Assembly (NCBI GenBank): GCA_038496445.1
Contig: JALMLS010000251.1
Span: 1-38,707 of the forward strand
DNA: 38,707 nucleotides
Direction: 5' to 3'
From: Trichosphaerium sp. ATCC 40318
Taxonomy: Eukaryota; Protista; Tubulinea
The notes beneath the pieces are model-generated. The model was not told the origin of the DNA. It searched no databases and saw nothing but the letters and a program-made list of their open reading frames with translations. The translations under genes were made by a program, and so were the position numbers. Below are positions 1 to 11,922 of this stretch, in pieces. Within the stretch, counting starts at the first letter, position 1, and each line of letters starts with the position of its first letter.

Positions 1-1911
1 TAACTTTTTGTTGTGACAGGTTCTTCATACGAAGATGTTGAATTGAGGAAAGATACAGATGCAAAACTTGATCCAAAACCCAAGAAGGTATGTTACAAGT
101 GTGGCTGTTTTGTTTTTTCTCACTGTTGTTAATCTCCCTCCCTTAGAATACCTCAAACATAATTATTAATATACTTGACACCCATGTTGCAAGTGATACA
201 CTTCGTTCGTGGGTTGTATACAGTGTACAGTCTACGGTATGTTTATACTTCATGCGTCTTTCGAGTGATTGTAAAATTAGTTTATTTCTCCTTCGGAACG
301 TGTTCATGTTGAGCGTCGTTACAGTGATTTTCTATGGCTTCGTGATAGATTGGCTGGAAAGTATAAATACTACATAATGCCTCCACTACCGCGAAAGGTT
401 CCAGTATCAACAAGTACGTCACCAAAAAGTTAAAGGAACAAAGACAGTTTTCCGACGTTAATGAAATTCAAGACCACTTCACGCTCGTGTTCAGGCAATA
501 TAGAAAGAAGCTGTTACAAATATTCCTTCAACGCATAGCGAATCATAGGGCTTTATCAAAATCAAAAGACTTTAAAAAGTTCTTGCGTGAGCAGGTACGA
601 AAACGTGCAGCAGAGTATTGCAGAATTGAAAGAAGTTGAGGTTTTTTTGGTGGAAATTCTCCTGTGTTGAGTCTTTGGGTGCTGATTGCTCCCTATTAGG
701 ACTATCAAAAAAACTTGAAGAAGGGTACATGGAAAGAATGGGGTCAAAAAAGCACATCAATATTTATGGCTAAGAGTAAGGAAGTGGCAAGTAGGCTTCC
801 ACATATTCACAAAGAAGTTGCTGTTACAACTGGCACTAAAGCAGTAGAAGATGTACGACTACTGCACAATCCCTATCTAAGAGTCTTGGTTATATCCCTG
901 ACATGGACCTAGGAAGATCCTTGGTTTCAAGCTGTAAGAGAACTTACTGAAGGCGCTGCTGTTTCGTTTAGAAAAGTGCGAATTATTTTGGTTTTTACGG
1001 AATATTTTGAGATAACATACTAATTATATTCTGCAGTTGTTAGCTGCATCTCAGATGTTGTCGGCAAAAGAGCGAGGTAAGACATGAGAAAACAGTATTT
1101 TCATAGCAGAAGAATAGATTTCTAAGGAAAAGAAATGTTGCCATGCGTTGAAATTAACTATAAATAGGGTTCAATAAAATATTATCTGCTTTGTCTCAAG
1201 TCAGCGCAGACTTTTCATCTGTCGAAGTTATGGGCAACAGCAATTCTACTTTGTATAAGCCACTAGTCAAGTTATCTGAAGTGGCAGTAAGACTCTAAAT
1301 TTCCATTTTCTCAGCCAACAACGTGTTTCTAACTTTTCTTTTTCAAGGGAAGATTGAGCGAGCTAGAAACAAAATTAGCAGAATCCGAACCTCAAAAATT
1401 TGGGGAAACAGTTGAGGATTTTCTAGGTTACTCCATGGTTGTCAAGGTTTGTACCAAGCGTATAAATTGATTGCCCTCATTTATTCATAATTTATTAATA
1501 GGCTGCACTACATAAGCGATATGTAATGATGCTTCAATTGGAAGAACAACAAAAAGTTAGAGGAAAAAGAAAAGGAACATTGATTGAAACAAAACTAGAC
1601 CAAGAGCGTGTTCTTAATTCAGCTGAAGGATTCTTCGAGGTCAGTACTTTATTTACACCAATGTTACAGCACTACCTATTTTAATCATCTGCATTTAGGC
1701 CGAGTTTAGTCATTATTCAACGAAACAAAAGTTTGATAGGATAGCTCAAAGAAATAAGCAGTGTATGCAACAATACATTGACTATAAGCACGAAGACTTT
1801 ATTACAGCTATGGTAGATATGGCTGATCTTCATATACTTTGTTCAGAACAACGAATGCTTGCATGGAAGGAACTAGAAGAATCTTTAAACGCAAACCCAC
1901 CACCCTATTAG
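1..1911 (+). CDS. PX-BAR sorting nexin (Vps5/SNX1/2/SNX8-like), 5' end outside window, ~11 GT-AG introns
   Basis: The spliced translation contains the PX signature VERRYSDFLWLRDRLAGKYKYYIMPPLPRK and ...YRKKLLQIFLQRIANHRALSKSKDFKKFL. A helical BAR-like region follows (EDPWFQAV...ETVEDFLGYSMVVKAALHKR...) and ends EESLNANPPPY* (TAG 1909-1911). Confidence 0.9.
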
Positions 1912-2101
1912 ATAGAAAAATAAACACGAGAATCCTCAGACAAAGTCACTTACCCATTGCCTCAATGTGAATTTTGTTGCTAGTTGGATTGAGTACTTCT
2001 TTTAGAGCGTTTTTGACATGATAAAAACTCAGTTTAAGGTTACATTCCAACTTAGTAAATTACTATGAATCAACAGAATTATTTTCTTTATTGTTATGAA
2101 A

Positions 2102-2841
2102 CTACTGACCTGGGAAGTCGCAACATGGTATGCCGCAAATATACAGGGTTTGCATAGGTGCTGGTCTCCTTTTTCTTTTTCTTCTCCTTGTCTTCTTTGT
2201 TGGCTCTTCAGTTCCTTCTTTCTTATCATTTTTTTCCTTCTCTGACTTTTCGTCTTTGTCAACTTCCATTGCATCGTCCTTTGTATTCTCCTTCTGTTCT
2301 TCCTCTTCCTTAGCCTTCTGCGCTGCTTCCGTTAACTCTTTCTCATGCGCTGTATCGTAGCGCTCGGCAATGAAACCATCAAGTTCCTTGAGACATTCGT
2401 TGACATCTACTCTAAGAGCATTGTATTCAGCAATATCATTTTCTTTGTAGTATTCTTCAAGTGCTTCATCAAGATTCTTTCGAAATATTTGCAAAGCAAT
2501 AACGAATATCTCTTCAGATAGAACTCCGTTATGTTCTTTTGCGATATCTACGATCGTATCATAATGAGTGCATAGCTGATTAAGTGATCCAGTGAACACA
2601 GGGCTTAGAAACTAAAAAGCGTTAGTTTTTTGAATGACATGATTGATGAATACAAAGTTAAAGAATGTACTTCGATCTGCTTCAAAAAAAAAAAATAACT
2701 GGTCAACTCGATGAGTTTAATGTGTTATACTTGAGTACATATTACCTTATCATCTCCTATGATTGGTTGGTTTATAAAATACTTTTCAATTTCACCCATT
2801 CTATCAATTATCGAATCACGCGTTGGTATTTCATCCTCCAT
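2102..2841 (-). CDS. Hypothetical acidic helical protein with C-terminal basic (NLS-like) tract
   Basis: Exon 1 (ATG 2841, MEDEIPTRDSIIDRMGEIEKYFINQPIIGDDK) splices in frame to the 165-aa ORF 2102-2599, possibly via a 6-9 nt micro-exon. The protein has an E/K-rich tail, KKTRRRKRKRR and a terminal ICGIPCC. Confidence 0.65.
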
Positions 2842-2955
2842 ACTTGTAGAAATAAGTGTACTTGTTCAGTTTCTTATTGTGTTGCGTTGATGATTAGTTA
2901 AAAATAAAATGAGCAGATTGATTGAAACCAAAAAAAATGAAGGTTACGAGTTAAG

Positions 2956-3037
2956 TGGCAGTAAGCAGGAATTGAACCCGCACGATATGCAATTTCGCCT
3001 AACAGATAGCGTCAACCATGACAAGGTGAACCACCAC
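2956..3037 (-). ncRNA. tRNA-like element (intact T-arm/B-box and 3' acceptor strand, degenerate D/anticodon region)
   Basis: The minus strand reads ...GCGGG-TTCAATT-CCTGC-TTACTGC-CA, a 5-bp T-stem with a canonical loop. A T8 run (2930-2937) follows about 18 nt later. The 5' strand GTGGTGG pairs only with several G-U pairs. Confidence 0.35.
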
Positions 3038-3303
3038 TAGTGGCCTTCAAACGAAATCTGTCCCTGCAATTGATCCAACTGCAAGTGAATGTAATCTGTA
3101 AAAACTTTCCAAAACACAACGTTCTTTACCACAAGTTGTACGTGCATGCAGCTAGACATGTGATTTGTAGTGAAGCTGTGGCATTAAGCGAACTTTCAGG
3201 CAATGACTGTTTTTGACATTTACGTTTCCGCCTATCATTGTTACTTCCTTTAGCCTAGACCTCTTACATACCAAATAAACCACATTATATTAACCTACGT
3301 GTC

Positions 3304-6001
3304 ATGTGGGGTGTAACGCAGGTATGCATTTAAACCGTTTTATTCACATTGTAATTATCTCAGGCGCTTGGTGATTTGACTGGAACATCGAAACAACCTT
3401 CAAGACGCGTAGAATTGACAAAACCTCTCAAAGATGTTCAAAACAAGATTTTACGCGTTGCCGAAGGCTCAGTTCTTGTGTGGGACGCTCAAATATCGTT
3501 TGAAGACATAGACGATCCTAGGTTGGCAACGTTACCAATAATCGCGTCTTTACCAGCCCTAGACTGTGGAATGGTAAATTAGATTTTGTGCCTTTACAGC
3601 CAAACCGCATTTCAGACGCTCTCGCTTTTATAAGCCGAACAAAGCACCAAAACATCGTCTTTTATATCCGTACGGAGTGTCAAGTGTCATACGTATACTT
3701 AACGGCTGGAAAGAGGTGGCTTGTGGCGTGTGGGCAAGTTGTGTCAGCCAGATTTTGTCGTTAAGAGATTGGGATACTATTACCACTTTTGTTGGTATTC
3801 CACCAACGTTACCTTGGCCTGGTCCAACACCTGCAAGTGCGTACATGCAATATATAAATAGCAATCGCGTTAGGGTAAGCTCTAAACGTCATAATAGCTA
3901 TAATGCCTTTGTATGACTTCAAGGATCCAGATGTAATGCTTTTCAATTATTGGCAGCCTGATTGCATTCCACCAATCATTATAGCTCACGACCTAGCGTC
4001 AGCATTGAATCCTCTTGGAAAGTAAGTACCACATATACCATTTCATTGGCCTCCAGTCTAATTGAAGTAGAATTGAGCCAACCAACGTACCACAACCACT
4101 AGTAGTATGTTTAACATGTCACCTGTCAAAAAGTATTCACTTGCCCTTCTTAGAAATACACAAAACGAGCATCAACTGGTTTATTAAAACTATTTGCATC
4201 TCTTGATATAGCCGTAGACTGTTTCGCTCTTGGGCCTGCAGCCAAGGTGTTTGGCTATTCGTTAAGAGAACGACTTGCTTTTGAACCACCCGCAAGCACA
4301 GCTAACAGAGTTTCCTTTGTTATCATTGATCGAGTACACAAACCTATATCAGCAACATCTAATAGCGCATACAGGGAATAGATTTGGTGGCGCCTATCGA
4401 ATCTGCTACATTGTTGGACAAAGTACAAATGATGGCCAATGTACGCACTCAAAACGTAATGATTTTGCGCTAAAACTTTTTTTTCTTAGGGTGAAAAGGC
4501 ACCCACGTGGCTTCACATGAATAAACATGTAGAAAAAGACTATAAACTTGATGAATCTGTTCCTACACCATCTGTGTATATACAAAATCTATTAGAGGGT
4601 GTGAATACTGATGACGTCTTGGCAAAGCTCTCAAAGAGGCTCGAACTCAAAAAACAAGCACAGGTAATCACAAGTAATTGGTAAATTGTCTTTACCTTAT
4701 TTAGTTGCAAGAAGCTCCACTAGCAAGGCTCTCACAAGCGCTTGAAATACTCTCTGAAAGTAATGGGACTGCGTACCAAGATGTAGATGCTGTTTCGTGG
4801 GCTACACTCGCAGCTTGGGCTGCTTATAAAGAAGGTACAATAAAATAACACAATGCGAAGCGTTATTAATCTTTGTTGGTATTAGACACAGTACCATTTT
4901 TAAAACGCAGACGCAATGTCATTGATGCAGTAATGCGTTATGATACAAAAGAGAATGCTATTCAACGCCTTATTACAGCCCTGAAGCAAAATGGTACTTT
5001 CGGTTTTTTTGTTTGGAATTTTGTAACTGATTAAGCTTCGATGTCCCCCAACTTACTTATGTATAGCACCAATGGTCACTACGGATATTCTTTTGTGTAG
5101 TATCCTTGCGTTTTCTTTACATGGAGCTAAAGACATATCTTGGGATGAGCAAAGAGATCTTAAGGTTTTTTTGGTGGAAGCTCTAATTTCTAAGGACCAA
5201 AGTGATGCTGTGCGAGAATTTGCTTTATTTCAAAAACTCAAGTCTCGTAGGATAAATGGTTACTTGGGGATGCACTAGCTAAAGACTTAAAAGCATTCTG
5301 GGATAGCAAGGGAGAAACAGAAGTATTTACTTAATTCTGTAATAAAGTTCGCTCAGCCTTCTTAGGAAAACCACGTGGCTCAACAAATACGTCTCGTAGT
5401 TGAGGATAAAGTTGATGATGTACTTTCGAAGCTTATGGCTGTAAAAGATGCTCGTAAAGACTTGAGACAATACAGGCATGTGGAAAGTTGTATAGAAGTT
5501 GACAGACTAACTGTTTTATAAAGGAACTTACATCCAGGAAAATACGAAAGTGTAATTTCTCAATTCATATACGATTTGCTAGACCCTCGCAAACCTGAGC
5601 TACTTGGAGTAAAGCCTATAGCCTCAGTATCTATAAGTGGATTGCTTAACAGAGGGTTTAGTAGCTTAGGTCTAAAGAACAGAGATAGACCAACAGACAA
5701 CAAAGTTGTATCCTTTTTTCGTTTGGTTTCTAGAAACTGTTGTTAACACTACAGTCTTCTTTCTATTTATCTATCCTTAACAGATCAGATAATTCTTCAT
5801 TTTATTGGTGGCATATCTTGGAGAGAAATTTACGATATAAGAAAGGCAGCAAAAGATAAAGAAGAACACCAGGCACGTTTTTGATGTTTTCTTCTAATTT
5901 TCTCGTTTACTTCTACAAAAATAACTGTACCACAGATAATAATAATGGCGGATATAATCAATAAACCTAAGCAAGTGCTACAGTCCCTTTTTTGCAAGTA
6001 A
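3304..6001 (+). CDS. Sec1/Munc18-family protein, SCFD2/MIP3-like (~13 introns incl. one U12 and two GC-AG)
   Basis: The spliced product has the Sec1 motif VSFVIIDR|GIDLVAP and an SCFD2-type C-terminus GLLNRGFSSLGLKNRDRPTDNKV|IILHFIGGISWREIYDIRK...IIIMADIINKPKQVLQSLFCK*. The start codon is the best guess. Confidence 0.8.
5708..5788 (+). other. U12-type (minor) GT-AG intron
   Basis: Donor GTATCCTTTT (5708), branch site TCCTTAAC (5774-5781), AG at 5787-5788. Removal joins PTDNKV|IILHFIGG in frame. Confidence 0.9.
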
Positions 6002-6218
6002 AGTATAATAATAAGAGATTTATCACCAAAACCTCTGACGATTAAAAATACATACTTACTTTCTATACTGGGAACTCACGTACTATTCTGTTTCATATTA
6101 TTCTCCATGTACATTATACACCATCAAATTTAGTGTCGTGGCTATCTGTAACAAGTGTATATCAGAATAAGTAAAGTCTAATAGCGAAATCACAGCTTTT
6201 TTATTTCCTCAGATTTAT

Positions 6219-7614
6219 TTATTGAACTTTTAAATAGAATTTCCCATATTTTTCCATTCGAGAATCGTACACGATTGTCTTGTCATTTTTCCTCACAAGC
6301 GTCACTACGTAATGGTAAGATTTTAATTTGTAAAGGTTTCTGTTGGTAACACCACAAACAAGAAATGTGAAACTACAATTGCATCCACAACTTTGATTGT
6401 AGAGTCTAACGCTGTTATACAAAAAACGAACCTTCCGTAGGATCAACACCGTAGCCACTCTCCAAAATCTTTGCTAGGCAGCTGTGTTTATCATGAAGAT
6501 CGTATATTGTAAAGTTAGTTGACACCAGAGATGGCAGAAATACCAGTCCGAACCGGTTACGGACCGAAACGCAACAGACCGGTCTGTAAACGGTCCAAAC
6601 GGTCCGCTGTCGTACCCTTGGAAAACCGGAAAAATAGCCGAAAGGAATTTTTGTCAAAGGGTACTCCCTTGGATTTTTATCGGTCCAAACGGTCCTATCA
6701 CTAGATCTCAGAGGCCTCCATCCATTGACCTACTCACTGTGTGCATGCATAAGGTGGCTATACACTTTTGTGGCCCGTTTGAATTTCACTTTCTTTTTAT
6801 GAGCCTAAAATAGTTTAGAAACTATTATTTCGCATAAGTAATGCCCTGATACATTTGTCTACGCGCACAAAGTAATAGAAAGAGGTTTGGGTGAAAGTGT
6901 AGTGGTACTACTAAAAAAGGGTATAAGTATCTGCTTTTTTGTCTGCACGAGGTCCTTAGAGCCTATTAACCATACGTCAATGTATCCACATGCTTGGGTT
7001 GGTAAGTGGGCACCAGAATATTCAATATAATCGATGATTTCTCTGTGCACGTTGAATTTTATTTTAATAGTAAACTGGTAGTTGTTATCGGAGTCAGAGT
7101 AAGCAACCTGTACAGTACAAACGTTATCTTTAGTGTACAGCATCTTAACATATGCTTGCCTTGAAATCGTAGGTTAACGCTTTGTTTAAGATGAACGTCC
7201 AAAGAAGTACGTTTACAATTTTGTGTTGTAGCGCACATGGTACTAGCAGGGAAGAGGTGTCCTCAAAGTATGTTGTGCATCAAGAAGTAGTAGCAAGAAG
7301 AGCTCTCGTAGAGCGAAATCGGACGACAAGTCTCCAAAAAGGAAGAGACGTCTTCTAAATCTAGCAAGTCCTCTAAAGAGTAAAGTGTAGAGTAACGTGA
7401 TGCCAAGAACTGGAGTTCTGTACGATCAACAGCCAATACATGGTTCACAGAAGACTTTTGTTGTGATTTCGCTCAATTTCAGACAATAATAAGCGCATTG
7501 AGCAACTGTTTTCGAAAAGTATGAAATTACCTTTTTTTTATTTTCCGTTACTAAACTACTACACCACGCACAAACCAAACTCGAAATCCGCGTATATAAT
7601 CCAAAAAGCATCAA
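6219..7614 (-). pseudogene. Probable degraded orphan gene (several collinear ORF fragments)
   Basis: Coding-like fragments 7263-7448, 6859-7143 and 6219-6458 lie on the same strand. I could not assemble a clean spliced frame, and a repeat element (6526-6703) lies inside. Confidence 0.3.
6526..6703. mobile_element. MITE-like relic with hAT-type features
   Basis: GC-rich island with a 15-bp direct repeat CGGTCCAAACGGTCC (6591, 6681), palindrome ACAGACCGGTCTGT (6574-6587) and inverted GTACCCTT/AAGGGTAC. AAACGG motifs resemble Ac subterminal sites. The ends CAGAGATGG / (rc) TAGTGATAG are imperfect and no TSD is seen. Confidence 0.4.
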
Positions 7615-7733
7615 TAATGCGTAAATATGTCGTGGCTATCGTGTAGGAGGGTTTTAGAAGAAATTCGCAAAAACCACAATTAAATTTTGATCAAAATAGT
7701 GATCAATAAAAGGATTTTGGTTTCAATTCATTA

Positions 7734-7950
7734 GTAGAATCCGTCTACGCAGGTTCCGAGCGGCTCCACACGTCCTCTGAAGAGTACCCTGTTTCACCAA
7801 GGGGTAGCAGGGCATACGGAACGGAACGCCCGCAAGTATATTAACAATCTGCTTGCAATGCGCGGCTGACGATATTCCCAGCAAGGCTATGGTTGTCTTG
7901 TCAGAGTTGTTGGTGGTGATGAGAAAGGCTCTGGTCGAAAGACAATTTTT
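7734..7950 (+). ncRNA. Unassigned structured RNA candidate
   Basis: GC-rich non-coding island with nested stems (GTTCCG/CGGAAC, CCCTGTT/AGCAGGG, GCAAGTA/TGCTTGC, TTGTCTT-TCAGAGTT/GGCTCTGG-AAGACAA) ending in AATTTTTG. G-U pairs favour the + strand. Confidence 0.4.
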
Positions 7951-8621
7951 GCACCTTTTTATGTTAGTTTAAGGTTGTTTGATTTTCCGTACGTTAACCT
8001 TACGTCCAAGCCGCGTTTGGGACGGGCGAACTCCAAAAAAATAGGGTTTTTGGTTTTAAACGTCTGTAGCTCGGTTGAGTTGTGGAATGTATGACTGCTG
8101 CCTTAGATGAAAGCATTGAGAATCAAAATTAGAACGGCACGGTACATTCTTGGCGCGGTTGGTCACGAGATCTGTCATATCCTTGCCACAGCTGGTTCGT
8201 AACAACGTGAGCTCCATTAGAGCTTATGGGTTTTTGTAAGCCGGCTCTTAAAAAAAGCGGTACTACTTGCAAGTGATTATGTGGTGTTTTGCGCAAAACG
8301 TACCATCCTTCTCTGTCCGCACATGAGAAAGTCGTTTCCATACGAGATTTAGGCCCAAGTATTTCTCCGCTCAATTTTTAACAAGGGTAACCTATCTCTA
8401 CGCAGTGCGAGTAAGAAAGCAGATATTGGCGTAAATAGGTTTAAAGAAAAGCGGCTTCTGAAACGCACAAACTACAAGGCACCACGGTGTTATGAATTAT
8501 ATCGCGATTTGTAGAAAAGAAGACTGGCCAAGAAGCGCTCTGCTATCTAAAAACTAACGTCAGCATGATACACCATACTAGAATATGTTAACACGTTCGC
8601 GTTCATGGTTACTGCTGAATA

Positions 8622-8791
8622 TACCATCCGTGTTCTGCTAAGGATGATTACTCACATTGAATGAAGTAAATTGTGCAGGTAGCACCTAGCTATGTACAGT
8701 ATGTGTCAATCAAAACGTTGGGGAGCTAAATATTCGCGTAGATACGTCGATAACCTTATACGTATCGTAGACACGCTAGCGCAGGTACATA
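8622..8791. repeat. Rearranged duplicate of 18092-18264 (fragment of the 16.6-18.5 kb gene)
   Basis: 8622-8674 is a direct copy of ~18203-18264 with a small deletion. ~8681-8791 is an inverted copy of ~18092-18201. Intron sequence is retained. Confidence 0.85.
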
Positions 8792-8933
8792 GCTCTTTTT
8801 TTTTTTTGGCGTGAATCCGTGTTCATTCATTATCGGAATAATGATACTTGTCTTAAAAGATTAAACTTAAATTCGGATCGTGTCTTCTTGATATCAACTC
8901 GTCAAGACTACTTTACCACCTGACAATACCGAC

Positions 8934-9512
8934 ATGAGCACAAACAACAGGTGCGGCTCACAGCGACGCTTTTGCGCGTTTGTAACACGTCATTTAGAAG
9001 AGTCAGACCTAAGAAGTATACACCAATTATTGTATCCCAAGAAGAAAGAGAGTACGTTGACGTCCAATTCTAATTTTATTTGTGCTTGTTTTGTGATATT
9101 AACCTTTGGACCATAGAATGATGACAGGGCTAAGACCCAAGCCAAAATACAAACTACTGGTGCGAGACCAAGTTACTCTAGGTTCTTAGTCTTTTTGTTT
9201 TTGTAGTTCCCGCCGACAGATGTTATTTTGGCCGGTTTCTCGCTACAGAAGTTTATTGTGAAAGAGCTGAACGAAAAGTCAGCAAACGTTTTAAAAACGA
9301 GAAGTAACATCCACTTTAAAACCCTACAGAGGTGGTTACAGTTTATGCGAGACGACCCTAACGCTGTCTTGCTAAGAAATGCGATAAGAAAACCAGTTAT
9401 CAACGAGCTCTTGAAACAACGCAACGACTTATATCACCCAAGGGGAGCTTTTAACCTGGACATAATGCAGGAGTGTGTTGATATAATTGTTCGTGTCCTC
9501 AATGAACAATGA
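8934..9512 (+). CDS. Orphan family F1, copy A (~140 aa, 4 exons)
   Basis: MSTNNR|RVRPKKYTPIIVSQEERE|MMTGLRPKPKYKLL|FPPTDVILAG...ECVDIIVRVLNEQ*. Intron phases are 2,2,0, with AATAAA after the stop. Paralogous to 32197-32783. Confidence 0.8.
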
Positions 9513-10391
9513 GTTTGTAGAATAAACGTATTATATTTATGGTTCACAAAGTTGTATTTGCTGCCTGTGTGTTTACTTGCTTTTCAAGCAGTACGAGTAG
9601 TTGACGACATGTTGCATTGTTTAACAATTGAGTTACTCACAGGCTTGGTGAAAGACCATTTGAATAGGTTGAACTACCCGCATACGTATGAAAAACGATT
9701 ATGTCAAATAAGTGGAACGGCCAACCACGTAGCGTGCTATTAGATCACGTTATAAGTGCATTGCTACCAGAACAATAAACTCTCCTTAGGTCGAACTTGA
9801 AGGATTTGGCATGGAACATGGGTAAAACAATTTTAATGACAATCCGTTTATTAGTTTGTTATTGTTCACCAAAACATTAGGCCAGGTTACGAGTAATGAC
9901 AAATAAAAATGGAATTTGTCCGTCGTCTTTTTTATCAACAATCCTATGTCATTACCTTCCATTACACTTCCAGTTGTACGATGCCGGCACCAGAGAAAAC
10001 GTTTTGCGATTTGTAACGTGCAAATGTAGACAGCCGCTGCCGCCTTTACTGAGAATAGCGTCTTCGTCAATCTCAGGCAGCTTCTACGCGTGAGAGAGTG
10101 TTTTCACTAGCCTTGAAACTACGTTAAAGTACACAGTTGGTTCTAAACAATCGCTATTAACATTTTAAAACAGTGTAATGCCGTGGTGTTGGTTGGAATA
10201 GCTGAAAAAAGCGAACAAAGCTAAAAGAAAAAGGACGACAGACAACCCTGGTGTTTTCTACATAATAACACGCCCTTTGCTTGTAATATTATTTATTGAG
10301 TTTTTTTTCGTTCATGGAGGTTTTTTTTTTCTCCGCATGTTTACAAGTATGATAATATAAAAGGTAAAAAGGCGTGTTGAAAAACACACAA

Positions 10392-11811
10392 TTACTTAGA
10401 ACGTCTTGTATTTGCTACAAGGGTATAAGTTATAAAGTGAGAATGAAATGACTTGCCTAAGCGTTGGACTATCCTAGCACGGCCTGGATTAATTATAGAG
10501 ACCAGAGCGGAACAGTAGTCAAGCAGAGCTTGACTATTGCCACAACGATTGTGAACTACATCACCTCGCTTTTGCGATATATTATGTATTAGTCGTTCGG
10601 CTGTGCTGGGAGCTATAGCGTTGGACACCAGGAATGTGACCATCAAATACCATATTTCCTTATTAAAGAAGAATTCGCAGTACCACCCACAAAAATCTAG
10701 AGAGCTTAGCATTGGTAGGCCTTCAGGCAAGTACTTTTGCAAGCACATCACGGCACTAAGAAATGCTTCACGGATCTCTATCATCATGAGGGTGTACCTG
10801 GACCAATAGTCAATGTCAAAATTATTTGACTCGCAAAACTCCTTGCTGAGGAGTTTACCGTGCTTTCGGTAGAACCTAATGGCTGTATGAGTGCTGCGTG
10901 GACAGCTAAGCAATAAGAAAACCAGCGATAGAAGGAGTTGACTCGGATTATCGATAAAAAAAAAAAGAACACGATTTTTATAATCCTATTTTTAGTTCAT
11001 CATTACTCATAACCCTAAAACCTTTTTCCTTCATAGTTTGTACGGTAGGTGCTAGCAGGTAACGAAAACATTTTTTGCTTGTTAAAACGAACTACAGGTT
11101 CACAGTGATGAACAAAAACGAGCTCAAATATGAAATTATCGAATTCTTATTTCCGGAAAAAGCAAAAAAAAAAAGTAGATGCCAAAGTGTACGTACCGCG
11201 TTTCGTCCAAAAATATGTAGACCACCTTATGACCTTGATAAATATTAGCTGAGGAAAAAAGTAACAAAAGAAAAAGTTTAAACATACATTCTAAAGGGCG
11301 AAAATTGCGCTCAAAGGCTATTGCCGAAAGATTGAAGACTAGAACATCTCCAGCGTTTCGAGCCTTTACGGCAGAGCACTTTAGAGCAACCCAGGCTTTG
11401 AGAATTTCAAACTGGGTTTTTAGAAGAGCAGGTTTGTTCATAAACCTTATAGTCAACTTCCATTTATCGCTGGACAACCACTCGCATAACGACAATTCCC
11501 TCACTTCAGGGACCATTGCTGGGAACCGGGTACCTAGCGTTCTATCGACAATGATGGTCAAATAACGCGCAATATCTGAGACGTCAGAGATATCAAATCT
11601 AACGCGTAATTAGTTTTACTCCAATAACCGATTTAAATAAATAACACGTACGTTATAGTAAGCCGGGGTCGCTTTAATGGCCTATAGCTCACGGTACTGC
11701 TATGTTTCCGCTTACTCTAAACACAAGTGTCATTACCACTACCTTAGTAAACTATCTACTACGTACTTGTCGATCCGAACGCTCTGCGTGAAAAGTATCA
11801 CGAGTGGTCAT
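10392..11811 (-). CDS. Orphan family F2, copy A (~330 aa)
   Basis: MTTRDTFHAERSDRQ|SKRKHSSTVSYRPLKRPRLTIT|FDISD...DRTLGTRFP...SLCEWLSSDKW...NKPALL...LPEGLPMLSSLDFCGW. The same motifs and similar intron layout occur in 29763-30973. Middle exon boundaries are approximate. Confidence 0.7.
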
Positions 11812-11922
11812 CGTAGTGGTGCTTGAAAAAATTGTTAGTTTTCTTGTATTAATAAAACATGTCAAACTAAAATTAGGTTTTTTGGGTTTTTTTTGAAATC
11901 AAATGAGAATTTATAACGTTGT

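Noticed and set aside
2130-2360. Hydrophobic + strand ORF (also 14745-15017 and 34925-35351)
   Set aside because: These are antisense shadows of E/K-rich coding or A-rich repeat sequence.
2684-2695. Frameshift at the A12 homopolymer in the 2102-2841 gene
   Set aside because: The run can be read as an intron polypyrimidine tract, and alternative acceptors keep the frame.
5098-5110. GTATCCTT U12-like donor
   Set aside because: It lies inside an open exon (CSILAF) with no matching branch site, and no intron is needed.
7776-7945. Hammerhead ribozyme (CTGAAGAG + stem; TGATGAG...CGAAA)
   Set aside because: The first core lacks GAAA after stem II. The second has GTGATGA rather than CTGATGA and no credible stems I/II.
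7993-8391. piggyBac-like element (GTTAACCTT ... AAGGGTAAC)
   Set aside because: Only an 8/9 terminal match, no clean TTAA on both sides and no second copy in the window.
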